Shown here: positions 46,580 to 57,900 of the stretch, piece by piece
Position numbering within the stretch: the first letter of the stretch is position 1
How the letters are laid out: every line of letters starts with the position of its first letter
Notes under the pieces: generated by a model
What the model was told of the DNA's origin: nothing
The model's database searches: none
What the model saw: only the letters and a program-made list of their open reading frames with translations
Assembly (NCBI GenBank): GCA_000002435.2
Contig: CM018792.1
Strand: one strand, 5' to 3'
DNA length: 64,000 bases
DNA from: Giardia intestinalis
Lineage: Eukaryota
Translations under genes and position numbers: made by a program

Positions 46580-47599
46580 TTAAGTGACGCCTTGGTTATC
46601 GGGCGTATTCTGGCTCATTGAGTAAATCGCGTACCGAAGGTTTAGTGACGTTTCCGTGAGGTCACCTAGTGTATTACGGACGCTGCGGAGCATTGTAGGA
46701 GTGACTGCCGGGATCTCTTGGTCCGGTGGGATACTTATTATGTCCGAAATTGTGCTATCGACAGCTGAAAGATTGGCTAAGAGTCTGGTTGTTTCTGATG
46801 CCCGCAAAGTTGACTCCCGAGTCTTATTGGATTGCACAGGCTGAGGAATACCAGCAGAAGCGTGGCAGTTCGTTGCTATTTCATCTGCGTCATGCTTATT
46901 ATGATAGTCTGAAAGCATTTCCAGGGCCACGCTCATATCCTTCGCCAGCCTAGTGGCCGTTGATGCAAGGATGCTACCTCGACGGCGGCTGCTGCCAACC
47001 TCCTCTACAACTGTGCGTTGCTTTTCGCCCAGGTCAGCCGTCAGCGCGTTGTATTGCTGATTTGCGATAAGACATAGTTCGCGATAACCTTCCGTAGCTG
47101 CCCAGATATCCTCTGTGTTCATCTGGGACGGTACCACAGATGTATTTGTGGCCAAAAGCCTCTCTACGACAGAGATAAACCACCGCACAGTCTTTAGGAG
47201 ATTCGTATGAGGGCATGTATCTAATACTACACGCCCAGTGCTATCTGTAAGGTGGAAGGGCAGGGATTGCTGAGGGCAGACGAGCTGAAAGTGGCGTCTG
47301 GGATCAGCCAGAGATGAAAATATGACAGTGAGTGCCAACTGATGCACCTGCGTTCCAATATAATAGTCTACCGAGCCAATTAGCCCGATGACTGTCTGTT
47401 TTGCTGCTCTTCTAGGAAGCTGAAGGCCGAGAAGCTTTGGTACAAATGTCGGGAACTCCGAGAGAAGGCCAAGAGCCTCCTGCAGCACATTGCTCACATC
47501 AATAGGTGAGTCTGCTCCCTGTGCAAGGTAGCGGATCTGTTTGGTAACCTCCTCATCTTGGCCCTTCAGTCCTTTTGCGTGTGACGCTGCATTGTGCAT
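46580..47599 (-). CDS. hypothetical protein (339 aa)
   Basis: Real ATG at 47599..47597. It is divergent from the PCI-domain gene with a 57 nt spacer. No recognised motifs. Confidence 0.5.
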   Translation of the reverse strand: MHNAASHAKGLKGQDEEVTKQIRYLAQGADSPIDVSNVLQEALGLLSEFPTFVPKLLGLQLPRRAAKQTVIGLIGSVDYYIGTQVHQLALTVIFSSLADPRRHFQLVCPQQSLPFHLTDSTGRVVLDTCPHTNLLKTVRWFISVVERLLATNTSVVPSQMNTEDIWAATEGYRELCLIANQQYNALTADLGEKQRTVVEEVGSSRRRGSILASTATRLAKDMSVALEMLSDYHNKHDADEIATNCHASAGIPQPVQSNKTRESTLRASETTRLLANLSAVDSTISDIISIPPDQEIPAVTPTMLRSVRNTLGDLTETSLNLRYAIYSMSQNTPDNQGVT

Positions 47600-47656
47600 G
47601 CACTGATCTATATTTCATTTCCAAAAGGCATATTAAATACCATGTTGTGGTAAAAG

Positions 47657-49099
47657 ATGAGCAGCAGTGTAGCAGCAGACACCTTTGCAATGCTCGCGTC
47701 TGGGACCCTTTCTTCGAGTGTTAGTAGTCTGCTCACGAAGATTTCAAGCCACGTTAAAGACATATCACTGTCTTCAGTTCTTCAACACCTGCAGAAAGGC
47801 TTTCCGCAGATTCTTGATCTGTCCGCCGCTAAGTCAGATATGTCTGAGAAGAAGGTCCCAGCGCCAGGATCCCCTCTTCCAAAGATTTTGGGCACCCCCT
47901 CCAAACGCTCTGCAGCCATATCGTCTCAGAGGGCAGAGCTCGGGGAAGCTGAACAGGACCATCTTACAAATGCTATGCTGGCGTCTTTCTTTACACTGTA
48001 CAAGTACCCTGCATCTCCTGAAGTCACAGCCATCAAGCGAGCTCTCTCTACAATGGACACACTTGCATTTCTCACTAAAGCGTCTGCCGACTCATGTAGC
48101 GTGTTCTTACTAGCGCAAGTGATTCATTTGGTGCTTATGGATGTAATTGCTATCTACACAACCAAGGCGGCCACTGTCTCTTCAGAAAATAATCATCATA
48201 ATAAGTTACAGCTGGACACTGAGTACGAAGCCATCGAGCGAGGGATTGTTTCCAGCCTTCGCAGCTTTTCCTCTAAGAACAATCACGATGAAATTGTTAT
48301 TGTCCTCCTCAATGCTCTTCTGAGGCTACAGCTTTTGACGTCCAATTATTTATCTGCCTATAGATCGATTTTGAACTATCGAGTGATAGTATTCAGCATC
48401 TCACATCCACAGCTCATACGCTTTTATTTTTATTCTTCTCTAACCGTAGCTATAATTGGCCAGCATGCTCGAGCACTAAAACTAATTTCTAATGCCAACC
48501 AGTTGTTTGCAGATTATTCGCCCACAATGTCCATGAAGACGCAGCTTTCTGTTGATTTGGCCGCGTTCACAACTCTTTTCAAAACGCTCACATGCACAGA
48601 TTCAAGTGCACCACAGTCTTCTGCAAACGATTGCTGTGAAGCGATGCTGTGCAAAGTCTCGTTTCCAGACATATATAGAGTTCTCCTGTTCAAGCGCATG
48701 GCGCGCATAAAGACACAACTAGCATATATAGCCAAAATATTCAAACGAATAAGCCTGAGTGAGGTTTGTCGTCGAATAAATGCTTCTGAAGGCGAAGCTA
48801 AGGACTATCTCATATCGGGCGCGATGGAAAAGGCATTCAACGTTAGATTTGACGAGGACGAAGACGGAAATTGCATCGTGACTATTATCCAGCGCCAGGA
48901 GCAGTTACTATCTAGCAAGGCCAACTTCCGTACAGAGGCTCTCCAGCTGGTCGATAGGCTCAGCTTTATAAGAAGTAGTCTGACTCAGCAGGACGTTTTG
49001 CTATCGCGGCACGATGAAAAGCGTGACCAGGATAATAATACAGAAACATACCTGGACATGTTGGACCTTATGGACGCTGGCTTTAGTGACACTGATTAA
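47657..49099 (+). CDS. PCI-domain protein (proteasome lid Rpn3/PSMD3- or CSN3-like)
   Basis: Real ATG (tggtaaaagATG). It has a helical-repeat N-terminus. The C-terminal PCI winged-helix signature is KRISLSEVCRRINASEGEAKDYLISGAMEKAFNVRFDEDEDGNCIVTI. This matches the RISLxDIAxxLxL...EDAE..VAKAIRDGVI..xIDHE pattern of Rpn3/CSN3. Confidence 0.45.
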   Translation: MSSSVAADTFAMLASGTLSSSVSSLLTKISSHVKDISLSSVLQHLQKGFPQILDLSAAKSDMSEKKVPAPGSPLPKILGTPSKRSAAISSQRAELGEAEQDHLTNAMLASFFTLYKYPASPEVTAIKRALSTMDTLAFLTKASADSCSVFLLAQVIHLVLMDVIAIYTTKAATVSSENNHHNKLQLDTEYEAIERGIVSSLRSFSSKNNHDEIVIVLLNALLRLQLLTSNYLSAYRSILNYRVIVFSISHPQLIRFYFYSSLTVAIIGQHARALKLISNANQLFADYSPTMSMKTQLSVDLAAFTTLFKTLTCTDSSAPQSSANDCCEAMLCKVSFPDIYRVLLFKRMARIKTQLAYIAKIFKRISLSEVCRRINASEGEAKDYLISGAMEKAFNVRFDEDEDGNCIVTIIQRQEQLLSSKANFRTEALQLVDRLSFIRSSLTQQDVLLSRHDEKRDQDNNTETYLDMLDLMDAGFSDTD

Positions 49100-49216
49100 G
49101 CAGGTAATCTACCAAGACGAATGAACAATCTATTTGCCACATGTCTACTAGGCAAAGGAATACAGCACCCAGATGCAAGGTACTACATGTAAATCATCCT
49201 CGTCAATTACATTTAA

Positions 49217-50704
49217 ATGAACTCCGACACGGACCCAGGCCAGACTGTTTTAGACACGCTGAGGCACAAGTCACTCCTCCACGAGCAGGACAGAGGAGCA
49301 ATGAACTGGCTTCCACGGGATATGCATTTAACTGAGAAGACCTCTGGTTCTCGGTCACGGAGTAAGAGTTGGAAAAGGGGTTCACGGGTTCCGGAGCAAG
49401 AACAACGTCAGCGAGAAGATGAGGATAGCTCCGAAGCCGAAAACTTGGTCATTGGAGAGGCTCTTAAAGCTGAAAAGCGCGCCCATGGTTTTGGACAGGC
49501 AGATGCGTTGGATCCGGCACTTCTGGAGCTTGCCCAACAGCAAGCACACGAACTGACAGCAAAGGATTCCGGAAAAGCTGTCAACTTTAAGCTTCAGCAG
49601 GATCTTCCCGTCTTCGCTGAACTTCTTACATCAAAGTACAATGAGTTGCATGGAATAGACAATGCCTCCTCTCGTTCTAGACATTCTAGATTACTAGCCA
49701 GACACTCATCAATCTCTGCGTATAAGTGCATGCTAGCCATGCTTATTTCATACATCTTATTCATCTTTGCCCACGCATCGAGTGGGTTGTCGATCCGGCA
49801 CCCAGTGTTTTTGCGGATCACCGAATTAAAGAAGCAACTGGATGCGATGCAGCCGGAGGTGCACAGTATTCTGCAGCGAGCGCAAGTCCAGCCTAGGATG
49901 CGGTCTACTAGAGTCACAGACACTCCCGAGTCCTCTGGGAATGATACTGAGACCGATGGAATCAAGACTGTGGGGGCTCGTGAGCGCAGTTCTGCAACTA
50001 ATGAAGATTCTGCTTCTACTTCAATGGAGGACCTGGTGGTCTTCGGGTCGGACGAGTCTGACGCTTCGAGTGCATATGAGCTAGAAGACCTTGCAGCCGG
50101 TGGCAGACCTGTCAATAGACATAGTAAGCCAGGCATAAGTGTTCTTGACAACTTGGGCTTGGAGTTGGACCTGTCCGCTCAATCGCACCCCATATCAGGA
50201 GACAGGAGCGTGAGCGCCTATGAGCAGCGAGTTCAGCGGTCAGCCGAGCGTCGTGAAGCTCAGCGTCTAAAAGCTATCCAGGCTGCAGAGAACCGTAAGC
50301 TTAAGAAGCCGAAAGAGCAAGCTGGTGTCGATATCCGGTCTAAACAACTAGCTGATGCAATATTACAAAAGGAGGAAGCGACGAAAGAGATACGAAAGGC
50401 CATAGCTCAGAATCAGAAGGGGTATGAGCCAACATACTACGATCCTACACAGGATAAGATTGACCCTACAGATAGGGTCGGCTACCGGCCTGTGTCTATT
50501 AACATGAAGAAAGGCCAAGGAGATCTAAAGCGCCATAAGAGCAAACATGCCTCCACTAGCAGGACTCTTCTTCGGTACAAATATGAAAAGGCGGTGGAGA
50601 TCAACAAACGGACAGCAGTGCCAACCAGGGAGCAAAATGGTGCATATACAGGCGAAAGTAAGGGAATTCGCACAAATGTCACCCATTCCCGCAAGCTGAG
50701 CTAA
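49217..50704 (+). CDS. hypothetical protein (495 aa), acidic/Ser-rich
   Basis: Real ATG with AT-rich initiator (caattacatttaaATG). No recognised domains. There is one hydrophobic segment (MLAMLISYILFIFAHA). Confidence 0.5.
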   Translation: MNSDTDPGQTVLDTLRHKSLLHEQDRGAMNWLPRDMHLTEKTSGSRSRSKSWKRGSRVPEQEQRQREDEDSSEAENLVIGEALKAEKRAHGFGQADALDPALLELAQQQAHELTAKDSGKAVNFKLQQDLPVFAELLTSKYNELHGIDNASSRSRHSRLLARHSSISAYKCMLAMLISYILFIFAHASSGLSIRHPVFLRITELKKQLDAMQPEVHSILQRAQVQPRMRSTRVTDTPESSGNDTETDGIKTVGARERSSATNEDSASTSMEDLVVFGSDESDASSAYELEDLAAGGRPVNRHSKPGISVLDNLGLELDLSAQSHPISGDRSVSAYEQRVQRSAERREAQRLKAIQAAENRKLKKPKEQAGVDIRSKQLADAILQKEEATKEIRKAIAQNQKGYEPTYYDPTQDKIDPTDRVGYRPVSINMKKGQGDLKRHKSKHASTSRTLLRYKYEKAVEINKRTAVPTREQNGAYTGESKGIRTNVTHSRKLS

Positions 50705-50776
50705 GTTGTGTAAACCTTATAGCAATGGCCATTACAGATCTTGGCTTACATTCAACCAAAACAAGCTGGCTATAAA

Positions 50777-51733
50777 ATGAAGGGGTACCGGCCAAGCTTC
50801 TTGTCGAATCCATGCATAGCCATCCTTTCAGCCTTTACCTTTATTGTGCCCACGTTGCTATTGATTCTCATGAGTATATTTAGGACCCAGCTGGCAGAGC
50901 TCGACAAGATGATAGCTGCATATATGCGTTATGCTCCAGATGATTCACTGCACCAAAAGCCCCTTCCATACAACACTGGTTTCATCTATTACTTAAACGT
51001 CTCTGAGAATGCCATTATAACCATTCCAATCATCTATGTCGGAGCAATGCTTGGTCTCTTTTGGACGGCAACAAGGACCAAAGCGCTTCTCCCGTACCTA
51101 TATGTCCTTGTTGCTGCGATAGTGTACATTGGCATGGCAAATCTGACGACTCTTGTACTCAAGATAGCTCTAAACAGACCTCGACCGCGGCAGATAGCGG
51201 AGTTTACCACGGTTAGCGGCCCTACTGTGACATTCATGCCTGTGTTCAGCAGGTACACCGGCCCCAATCCGGCAAATCTGAAGCTGTACTCCACTCCATC
51301 GGGTCACACAATGTTCATGGCTAGTGCATTATTCCCGCTTCCCATATTAACATATCTGCTGGCTCAAATGTATATCAAGGTTGTAGATAGCGAGCGTACT
51401 CCCAGCACAAGTGGCCAGGGACGGCTTAAGTACATGCTTTGGCTTGTATTCTTTTATCTCGGCGTTGCCATCACGGCTGTCTTCGCTATACTTATGCCCC
51501 CGACAATGGCGTACGCTAGGTACGCGGCGAGTGCACACTTCTTTACAGATACAGTTGTTTCGATCGTGCTAGCGTTCCTCCATTTGGTGCTGATTTTCCT
51601 ATCTCTTCCGGATCTTCGCTGTCTAGAAAAGGCTCCCAGTTCAACGAAATATGCAGAGAGCAATGATAACGACACAGCTCAAGCAGTCTCTTCAAGCGCG
51701 CTATCAACAACTATCAGTGCCCTGCCTCCCTAG
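50777..51733 (+). CDS. PAP2-superfamily lipid phosphate phosphatase (membrane)
   Basis: The track ORF starts at TTG 50741; the first ATG is at 50777 on gctataaaATG. It has multiple TM helices and the three PAP2 motifs: KIALNRPRP (KxxxxxxRP), PSGH, and SAHFFTD (SRxxxxxHxxxD-like). Confidence 0.65.
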   Translation: MKGYRPSFLSNPCIAILSAFTFIVPTLLLILMSIFRTQLAELDKMIAAYMRYAPDDSLHQKPLPYNTGFIYYLNVSENAIITIPIIYVGAMLGLFWTATRTKALLPYLYVLVAAIVYIGMANLTTLVLKIALNRPRPRQIAEFTTVSGPTVTFMPVFSRYTGPNPANLKLYSTPSGHTMFMASALFPLPILTYLLAQMYIKVVDSERTPSTSGQGRLKYMLWLVFFYLGVAITAVFAILMPPTMAYARYAASAHFFTDTVVSIVLAFLHLVLIFLSLPDLRCLEKAPSSTKYAESNDNDTAQAVSSSALSTTISALPP

Positions 51734-51805
51734 CCACGGAAGCATATGATGCAACGATGGCAAGACCTTTAGTAAACCTCTGGCGTGTGCTGATTTTGTT
51801 TACAA

Positions 51806-52525
51806 CTAAACTGATAGGGGAAGATTTAAGTAGTAGCGTATAGGACCATCTGCCTGCGTGTCCACCAACAGCTGTCCCTTACTCTTCATATACTCAAGCT
51901 CCTGCTCGCATTGCTCCCTTGACCACTGACTTAGCTCCCTCAAATTATCAACGGTGGTGAAAGGCATTGCTACGTCGGTATCAAATAGGAAAGAGAGAAT
52001 TCTCAGAGAGTTTTCGCCCATATTGCTGTCACCCAAACTTATATATTTCTTCTCGTCACTACCAATCCTGTTTGGAAGTAATTCGTAGTCACTGGAAAGC
52101 TCCCTCAGACGTTTGAGGGATGCTACAATGTCTCTTAGCTCGATGGCGTGGGCGCTAGGTCTATCCTTGTTGAGGTAATTGTGGAGTACTTTCAGAGGCA
52201 TAATCCTCCCCGATGAGTGCCTGTGATAAGAGCAGAACTCAGCTATCTTAACGTCGAGTTGCGTCTGAAGTTGGTCGCTCGGTATCCCAGTTGCACCTGG
52301 AATACAGAAGACATCCGCCCTCAGCGATGTGCACAGGTTGTTCAGAGAATTCAACAGGGACCCCTTGTCTTCCGCGTTATGCACTTCACTCATGTGATCT
52401 CGGAGAAAATTAACGACCATGTCACAGCATTCGTCGCGCTTTCTGGAAAGTGTGTTGTAATAGTCACGGTTCAGGCTCTGCAGTTGTTCGCAGACGGCGT
52501 TGGAAAGCTTGATATCGTCAGCCAT
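51806..52525 (-). CDS. VPS22: ESCRT-II subunit Vps22/SNF8 (EAP30)-like
   Basis: Real ATG at 52525..52523 (aaaaaatcataATG). The C-terminal half aligns to SNF8 tandem winged helices (GRIMPLKVL ~ GGLITLEEL; SQWSREQCEQELEYMKSKGQLLVDTQADGPIRYYLNLP ~ LKWETERARQVLEHLLKEGLAWLDLQAPGEAHYWLP). The alignment was done by eye. Confidence 0.55.
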   Translation of the reverse strand: MADDIKLSNAVCEQLQSLNRDYYNTLSRKRDECCDMVVNFLRDHMSEVHNAEDKGSLLNSLNNLCTSLRADVFCIPGATGIPSDQLQTQLDVKIAEFCSYHRHSSGRIMPLKVLHNYLNKDRPSAHAIELRDIVASLKRLRELSSDYELLPNRIGSDEKKYISLGDSNMGENSLRILSFLFDTDVAMPFTTVDNLRELSQWSREQCEQELEYMKSKGQLLVDTQADGPIRYYLNLPLSV

Positions 52526-52544
52526 TATGATTTTTTATCTGATC
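52526..52544. promoter_or_regulatory. 19-bp AT-rich element between head-to-head ATGs (Vps22-like / AAA ATPase)
   Basis: TATGATTTTTTATCTGATC separates the minus ATG 52525 and the plus ATG 52545. The plus track ORF begins at TTG 52500, inside the Vps22 CDS. Confidence 0.4.
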
Positions 52545-54953
52545 ATGGAGCCCGGAAGAAGGTACCCCGGCACACTCAAGACCGCTGCATTAACAACTGA
52601 AGAGGGGAGGCCGTTTCCTGGTTGTTTTGCTACCTGTCGTACCATCGTCGAAATTAGCAGCTATTTGGAGTTTATTAAGGAGTCAAAGCGTCTAGAAGGC
52701 AGGCGTGAAAGGACTGACCCTCCTTTGGTGGCCCAGCCTCCCACTTACATTAAGACAGAGAAAAAGCCTGAGCCCGTGGACATTAGGCCAGAAAGCGTCA
52801 AGAACGCTCAAGCGAATTCTGGAAAAAAGTCCAAGACAGACGCTGCCCAGGAGGACGTTGGATCGCACCCTACATTGAAAAACCAAAAGCAACCAGCCGA
52901 TAAGACACCAGAGAAAAAGCTTTCTCATAATTCCAAGCAAACTCGGACTGTGGAATCCTTCTGCATTACTCCGCATAACATTCTGTTTGAGCAACTAGGT
53001 GGCATAAAGGATATCGAGAAGGAGCTCACAGAAAGAGTGCTCTGGCCCATTCTACAAGCCGATCAATACAGGTATCTCGGAGTGACTTTTGGAACGGGGA
53101 TTCTCTTGCATGCCCCAACAGGCTCAGGAAAAACAGCAATCGTACACGCACTAATAAATAAAATTCACAAGGAGCTCGGTCGGCAAATCAGTTTCTACTG
53201 CATCAACTCCACTGAAATAATCATGAGTAGAACGGGCGAAACAGAGGAGCTCTTGCGAGAGATCTTCCTAGAAGCAAAAGAGAATGCACCTAGCGTCATA
53301 TTTTTAGACAATGTGGAGATTATCTCCACACGCGGTGAGAATGTTAGCAGAGAGATGGAGAAACGCATTGTTGCCCAGCTCTGCAGTTGTATGGACGAAG
53401 TCGCATCTCATGCAAGACCTGTCTTGGAGTCCCTTTCAAGGTCGAAGTCAAACTTCACCAGCAATGCGGCGCGTGGACAAATAAGCCAGTCTGAGCCTGT
53501 TACTTCGTCAACTATAGTGCTGAATGCGCGGCCTCAACCTCAACAACCCAATGGATCTGGTGGACGAGCTGAGAATCGACAAGGAGCTCCAAAGGAGAAA
53601 CCTGGATTAGTAGGTATTGAGTCGGCAAGCACTGGCCAATACCGTGCTGTGTCACAATTAGATCAAAATAAAATAGTCATAGTTATAGGCGCAACAAGCA
53701 AAATCAACGCAATTGATGAAAGCCTTCGCCGAGCAGGACGATTCGATAAGGATATTCCCATTCCAATACCGTCTAAGAGACAGAGGATCGATATCTTGCA
53801 AAAGCTACTGATAGGCTGCAAAATAGACCCCAACCTTGACATACAGCGCATTGCAGAGAACACTCCGGGCTATGTTGGTGCAGACCTTGCTGCACTGTGC
53901 AGAGAAGCGGGGCACAGGTGTGTTTGTCGAATCATGCAAAGCTCAAACATACTGGATGGAATGGCCAAGTCAATGATAACCCTCAACGACTTCCTCTTTG
54001 CTACACAGAGCCTCATCCCCACTGCCCTGCGTGAGGGCTTTGCAACCGTCCCAGACGTATCCTTGGACGATATAGGTGCACTGGACTTCCTCAAAGCAGA
54101 GCTTGACCGTTATCTCTTGCAACCGTTGAAGAATCCGGAGCGCTTTGAACGCTTGGGACTTAACCGCTTTAGCGGGATTATCATGTTTTCTGTACCGGGT
54201 CAAGGAAAAACGCTTATTTGCAAGGCTCTCAGCGCCAAGGCAGAGATTAACTTTATATCTGTTAAAGGGCCTGAGCTATTAAATATGTACTATGGCGAAT
54301 CTGAACGGGCAATAAGAAATGTGTTTGCCCGTGCGAGAGCAAGTGCGCCGTGTATCCTCTTTTTAGATGAGTTTGACTCTCTGGCCAAACGGCGTGGTTC
54401 TGGTGGATCAAGCAGCGACGTGAGTGACAAGGTGGTGAATACTCTACTGACTGAGTTGGACGGGCTACACAACAACTTGTCCGGAGAGCACTCTCTCAAT
54501 GCTAAAAATGCCCAGGATCAGATCTTCATTATTGCTGCGACAAACAGAATTGATATCATTGACCCAGGACTACTACGACCAGGACGCTTCGACAAAATCA
54601 TATATATTCCCCTTCCCAACCTAGAAGACCGCGTCAACATCCTTTATACCATAATAACTAGACGACAGATTTCCCTAGACAAGAGCCTACAAAATCCACA
54701 AGATCTCAGAGAGTTCTTAACGGAATATTTGGCAAAGCAGACAAAGGGATGCACTGGAGCAGACCTGGAGGGCCTTGTTAGGCGCGCAGCCATGGCAGTA
54801 ATAGCAGAGTCCCAGACCGGTACAGAAATCTGCAAAAGGCACTTTATGACAGCCTTGTCACAAACAAAAGCCTCTGTCAACGAGGAAGACAGGATCAAGT
54901 ACGATATGATGGCGGCGCATTACTCCAAGCTATGCATATCGGAAAATAAGTGA
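52545..54953 (+). CDS. double AAA+ ATPase of the CDC48/NVL/Rix7 family
   Basis: It has a K-rich N-terminal region (nuclear-type). D1 Walker A is LHAPTGSGKTAIVHAL. D1 has a long insertion after Walker B (VIFLDN...), then RFDKDIPIPIPS (arginine finger/sensor). D2 has VPGQGKTLICKAL, ILFLDEFDSL, ATNRIDIIDPGLLRPGRFD and GCTGADLEGL. Confidence 0.75.
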   Translation: MEPGRRYPGTLKTAALTTEEGRPFPGCFATCRTIVEISSYLEFIKESKRLEGRRERTDPPLVAQPPTYIKTEKKPEPVDIRPESVKNAQANSGKKSKTDAAQEDVGSHPTLKNQKQPADKTPEKKLSHNSKQTRTVESFCITPHNILFEQLGGIKDIEKELTERVLWPILQADQYRYLGVTFGTGILLHAPTGSGKTAIVHALINKIHKELGRQISFYCINSTEIIMSRTGETEELLREIFLEAKENAPSVIFLDNVEIISTRGENVSREMEKRIVAQLCSCMDEVASHARPVLESLSRSKSNFTSNAARGQISQSEPVTSSTIVLNARPQPQQPNGSGGRAENRQGAPKEKPGLVGIESASTGQYRAVSQLDQNKIVIVIGATSKINAIDESLRRAGRFDKDIPIPIPSKRQRIDILQKLLIGCKIDPNLDIQRIAENTPGYVGADLAALCREAGHRCVCRIMQSSNILDGMAKSMITLNDFLFATQSLIPTALREGFATVPDVSLDDIGALDFLKAELDRYLLQPLKNPERFERLGLNRFSGIIMFSVPGQGKTLICKALSAKAEINFISVKGPELLNMYYGESERAIRNVFARARASAPCILFLDEFDSLAKRRGSGGSSSDVSDKVVNTLLTELDGLHNNLSGEHSLNAKNAQDQIFIIAATNRIDIIDPGLLRPGRFDKIIYIPLPNLEDRVNILYTIITRRQISLDKSLQNPQDLREFLTEYLAKQTKGCTGADLEGLVRRAAMAVIAESQTGTEICKRHFMTALSQTKASVNEEDRIKYDMMAAHYSKLCISENK

Positions 54954-54968
54954 GGTGACGGCTAAACC

Positions 54969-57900
54969 TCAATGCTGACTCCTACTTCCGACTGAGAGTC
55001 TTGCTTCTGTCTGAGCGTCGCTAGTTCTGAATGCTAGAGCAGCAGACTTTCGAATGCTCCCAGAACGATGCACTCCAGTAAACGCATCAGAGATCTGTGG
55101 CGCCTCCTTGCTTCCTGACTGTTTAGTTTCTTCACTGATGAACATGTCTGTTATATTTGTAATGCTGATGTTGACAGGCTCCTCAGCCTGCTGAGTAGAT
55201 GCGCAAATAGACTTTAGTGGCTTAGTTGGTAGACGACCGCATATCTTGGCAGATGCTCCCGGAGTAAGGGAAGCATTGCCAGATTTGGCTAGCTCAACTG
55301 AACTGCTCAGTAATGTGACACTCTTGCTGAGTTCATCTAGTCGTGAATCATCGATTTGCGAGTGTATCTTAGCTTGTACTGAGAGCTTTCCGCTTGTGTT
55401 ACTATCATAGCTGTGAACAGTCTTGGAGCCCAGATGTATTCCAGAAACGTGTAGCTGCGCGCAGCTATCCCGGGGAGAATATGAGTCACAAGTACTACTG
55501 TAAAGAGGTGGATACCGCGCCTTGTTATTCTGTAAAGATGGTGTTGGTATAATTGGCTTACCCATAACAGTGCTTCCGGCAATGATAGAGCTGACATGTG
55601 CTTGCTTATTATACCGTTCATACTCTGGAATGTACAGTCTAGAATTAGAGTCAGCCTTACCCAATTGACTCCCCTGAATTCCGGATAAGAGCAGGCGGGG
55701 TGATGATGCTGGAATAGTCAGATCTGTGGGTGGCTTCCCTTGAGGAACTGAATTTACCAGGCTACTATCTGTTGATCTGGTGCAGTCTCGAAGTTGAGAC
55801 GAGTCCCCGTCACCGGTAAGTGCGGTGTCTGGAACAACTGAATCAGTACAAACGTAAGTGGCCTGAGGAGTATGGGCGCTCATGCTTAAGTCAGTAACTA
55901 GGGATGGGTTTTCCTTCATAGGCTGGTGGATGGGAAGGCCGCTTTGAGAATGCTTACTGATACCAGAACCAGGTACGTACACACGTGCTTGTCGGTATCT
56001 ATTAAATAGATCTGCTTCTAATAATAGTTTTGCTTGGAATCGCCTTTCATATTTTTCTCGTAATTCGCGCGCGTTTTGATAGAGTCGTATAAAGATATCA
56101 CGAGGATCATCGGGAATAACCCAGTTTAGTTTGTGATAAAGTGGGCACTTCCGTACGTAGTGCGTTATGACACTCTGCACAGCGTCTGATGCCCGCTTGG
56201 CTCTGATCATATGTTGCTTGCTACTATAGTCTTTTTGCGACAAGTGCAGCTGCCGTCGTAGAAAATTATCAGTTTCCTCGGAGAGGCTCACGATTTGTGC
56301 TTTTCCTTCCTTTGATAGCATGGAAATCTCCATAGACATGCCAAGGAAATTGGTAGCGTTGGGGCCAACCACGTGTGGAGTTCTCGCGGCAAAGGCAACT
56401 GGAATGTTCATGATATTGTACTGGTAGTTGATGGGGTGCCTAGTATTTTGCTGGGGGATGGACAGTAGGCCCAATCGTTCTTGGAGTTCTTTGGCTCTTT
56501 CTTTGTTCTTAATTAGTAATTGGCGGTATTTCTGATTGACCTTTTTGCCAACAAAGCCCATGATTGGCAAGTGTTCAGCATAGCGTGAACGATTGCCTGT
56601 AATCAGCGTTGTGACGGCTGCGTTGGCTACATCAGGGGCTAGTACTGGATGCAATCTGGAAACATCACCGTCACGGTTGGAACAAGCTTCCCGGGAAACT
56701 TTCGATGCAGAAGGATTAGTGCTTGTGTCTAAGTGATCTAAGCACAAGTCTGAGCCGGGTAAAAAGTCCAAGCGAATAGCCTCACCTTCTGTTCCTGATT
56801 GTGATGGAAGGCGTCCTAGAGAGCGGACGCCTGGCGCAGAAGATGCCCTGGAGGAGCGCGTGATTTCCTGACCACATGTAGAACAGATAGCAACATCAGA
56901 GATTCTCGCTCCCTCGGGGCACTGAGTCTCTTCGCTAATTGGTGCCTCATAGGATAGCCTTGCAGCATGTTCTGCTTGGCGCAGAATATAAAGTTGCTGC
57001 TTAAGCATAGAGAGCTCATCCAGTTTCTCCTGTTCCAGTATGAGCTTGTCTTTAATGAACTTAAGGGTTTCAGGAGGGATGCTGGTCTCCAAGTCCTGCC
57101 ACTCTGAGTCAGTAAAAATTCCGAGCACCTGATTCTCTAATGTAGGAAGGTCTTGATCAACTCCATCTGAGATGTGAGCTGGATCTTTGATTGTGTCGTA
57201 TTTGTCAAAAGAATCCTCTCTTTTAGAAGAACTTTGGATCCTAGTAAATAAGATCTGCACGATTGCATCATAATTAATATGTGTCAATGCGTTCAAAAGT
57301 TGCATGATGGGGTTTTCTGCTTGATCTTTTGATGGACTGGAAGTCAAGGATTCCGATGGGATAACAGCAGTACTTTGCTGGTCCTTTAATAGTTTTGCTA
57401 TCTCATAGATCAGCTGCTGCTGGTCAGAAGGAAGCGCTTCAAGAAAGCGCTTCAGATCTGCTGTATTTGTAGATAAGTCTGCGGAGCTAACACCGGTAAC
57501 ACCTTCTATACTTCTGGCGAAAATTTGTGACGCAAATAGGATATTTGATAGTTCATCCAAGCATTTATCTTCTTCAACCAAGTCATCAACTAAGGGCTTA
57601 TTTCTTATGTCACTGTTTCTACTGAGCTGGCTGCAAAGGTCCATAAGGTAGTTCATAATGGGAGACGCATGCTCAAACACTGCCTTTAGATCACCCCAGG
57701 TAATTTGTTTTGCAAGAATGGCCTCAAGAAACAATGTCAGTTTGTCGTCCTTGGACAAGGCCTTAAGGCTATCGGTGAGTTCATGTGTATCGAGGGTTGT
57801 AGGACAGGAATGCTTGTGCTCTAGTCTGTCAGCACAGTTGATTAGCTTGATGTCGAAAAGTTGGGGATCATGTCCCAGCATTTTCAAAATCATCCTTATG

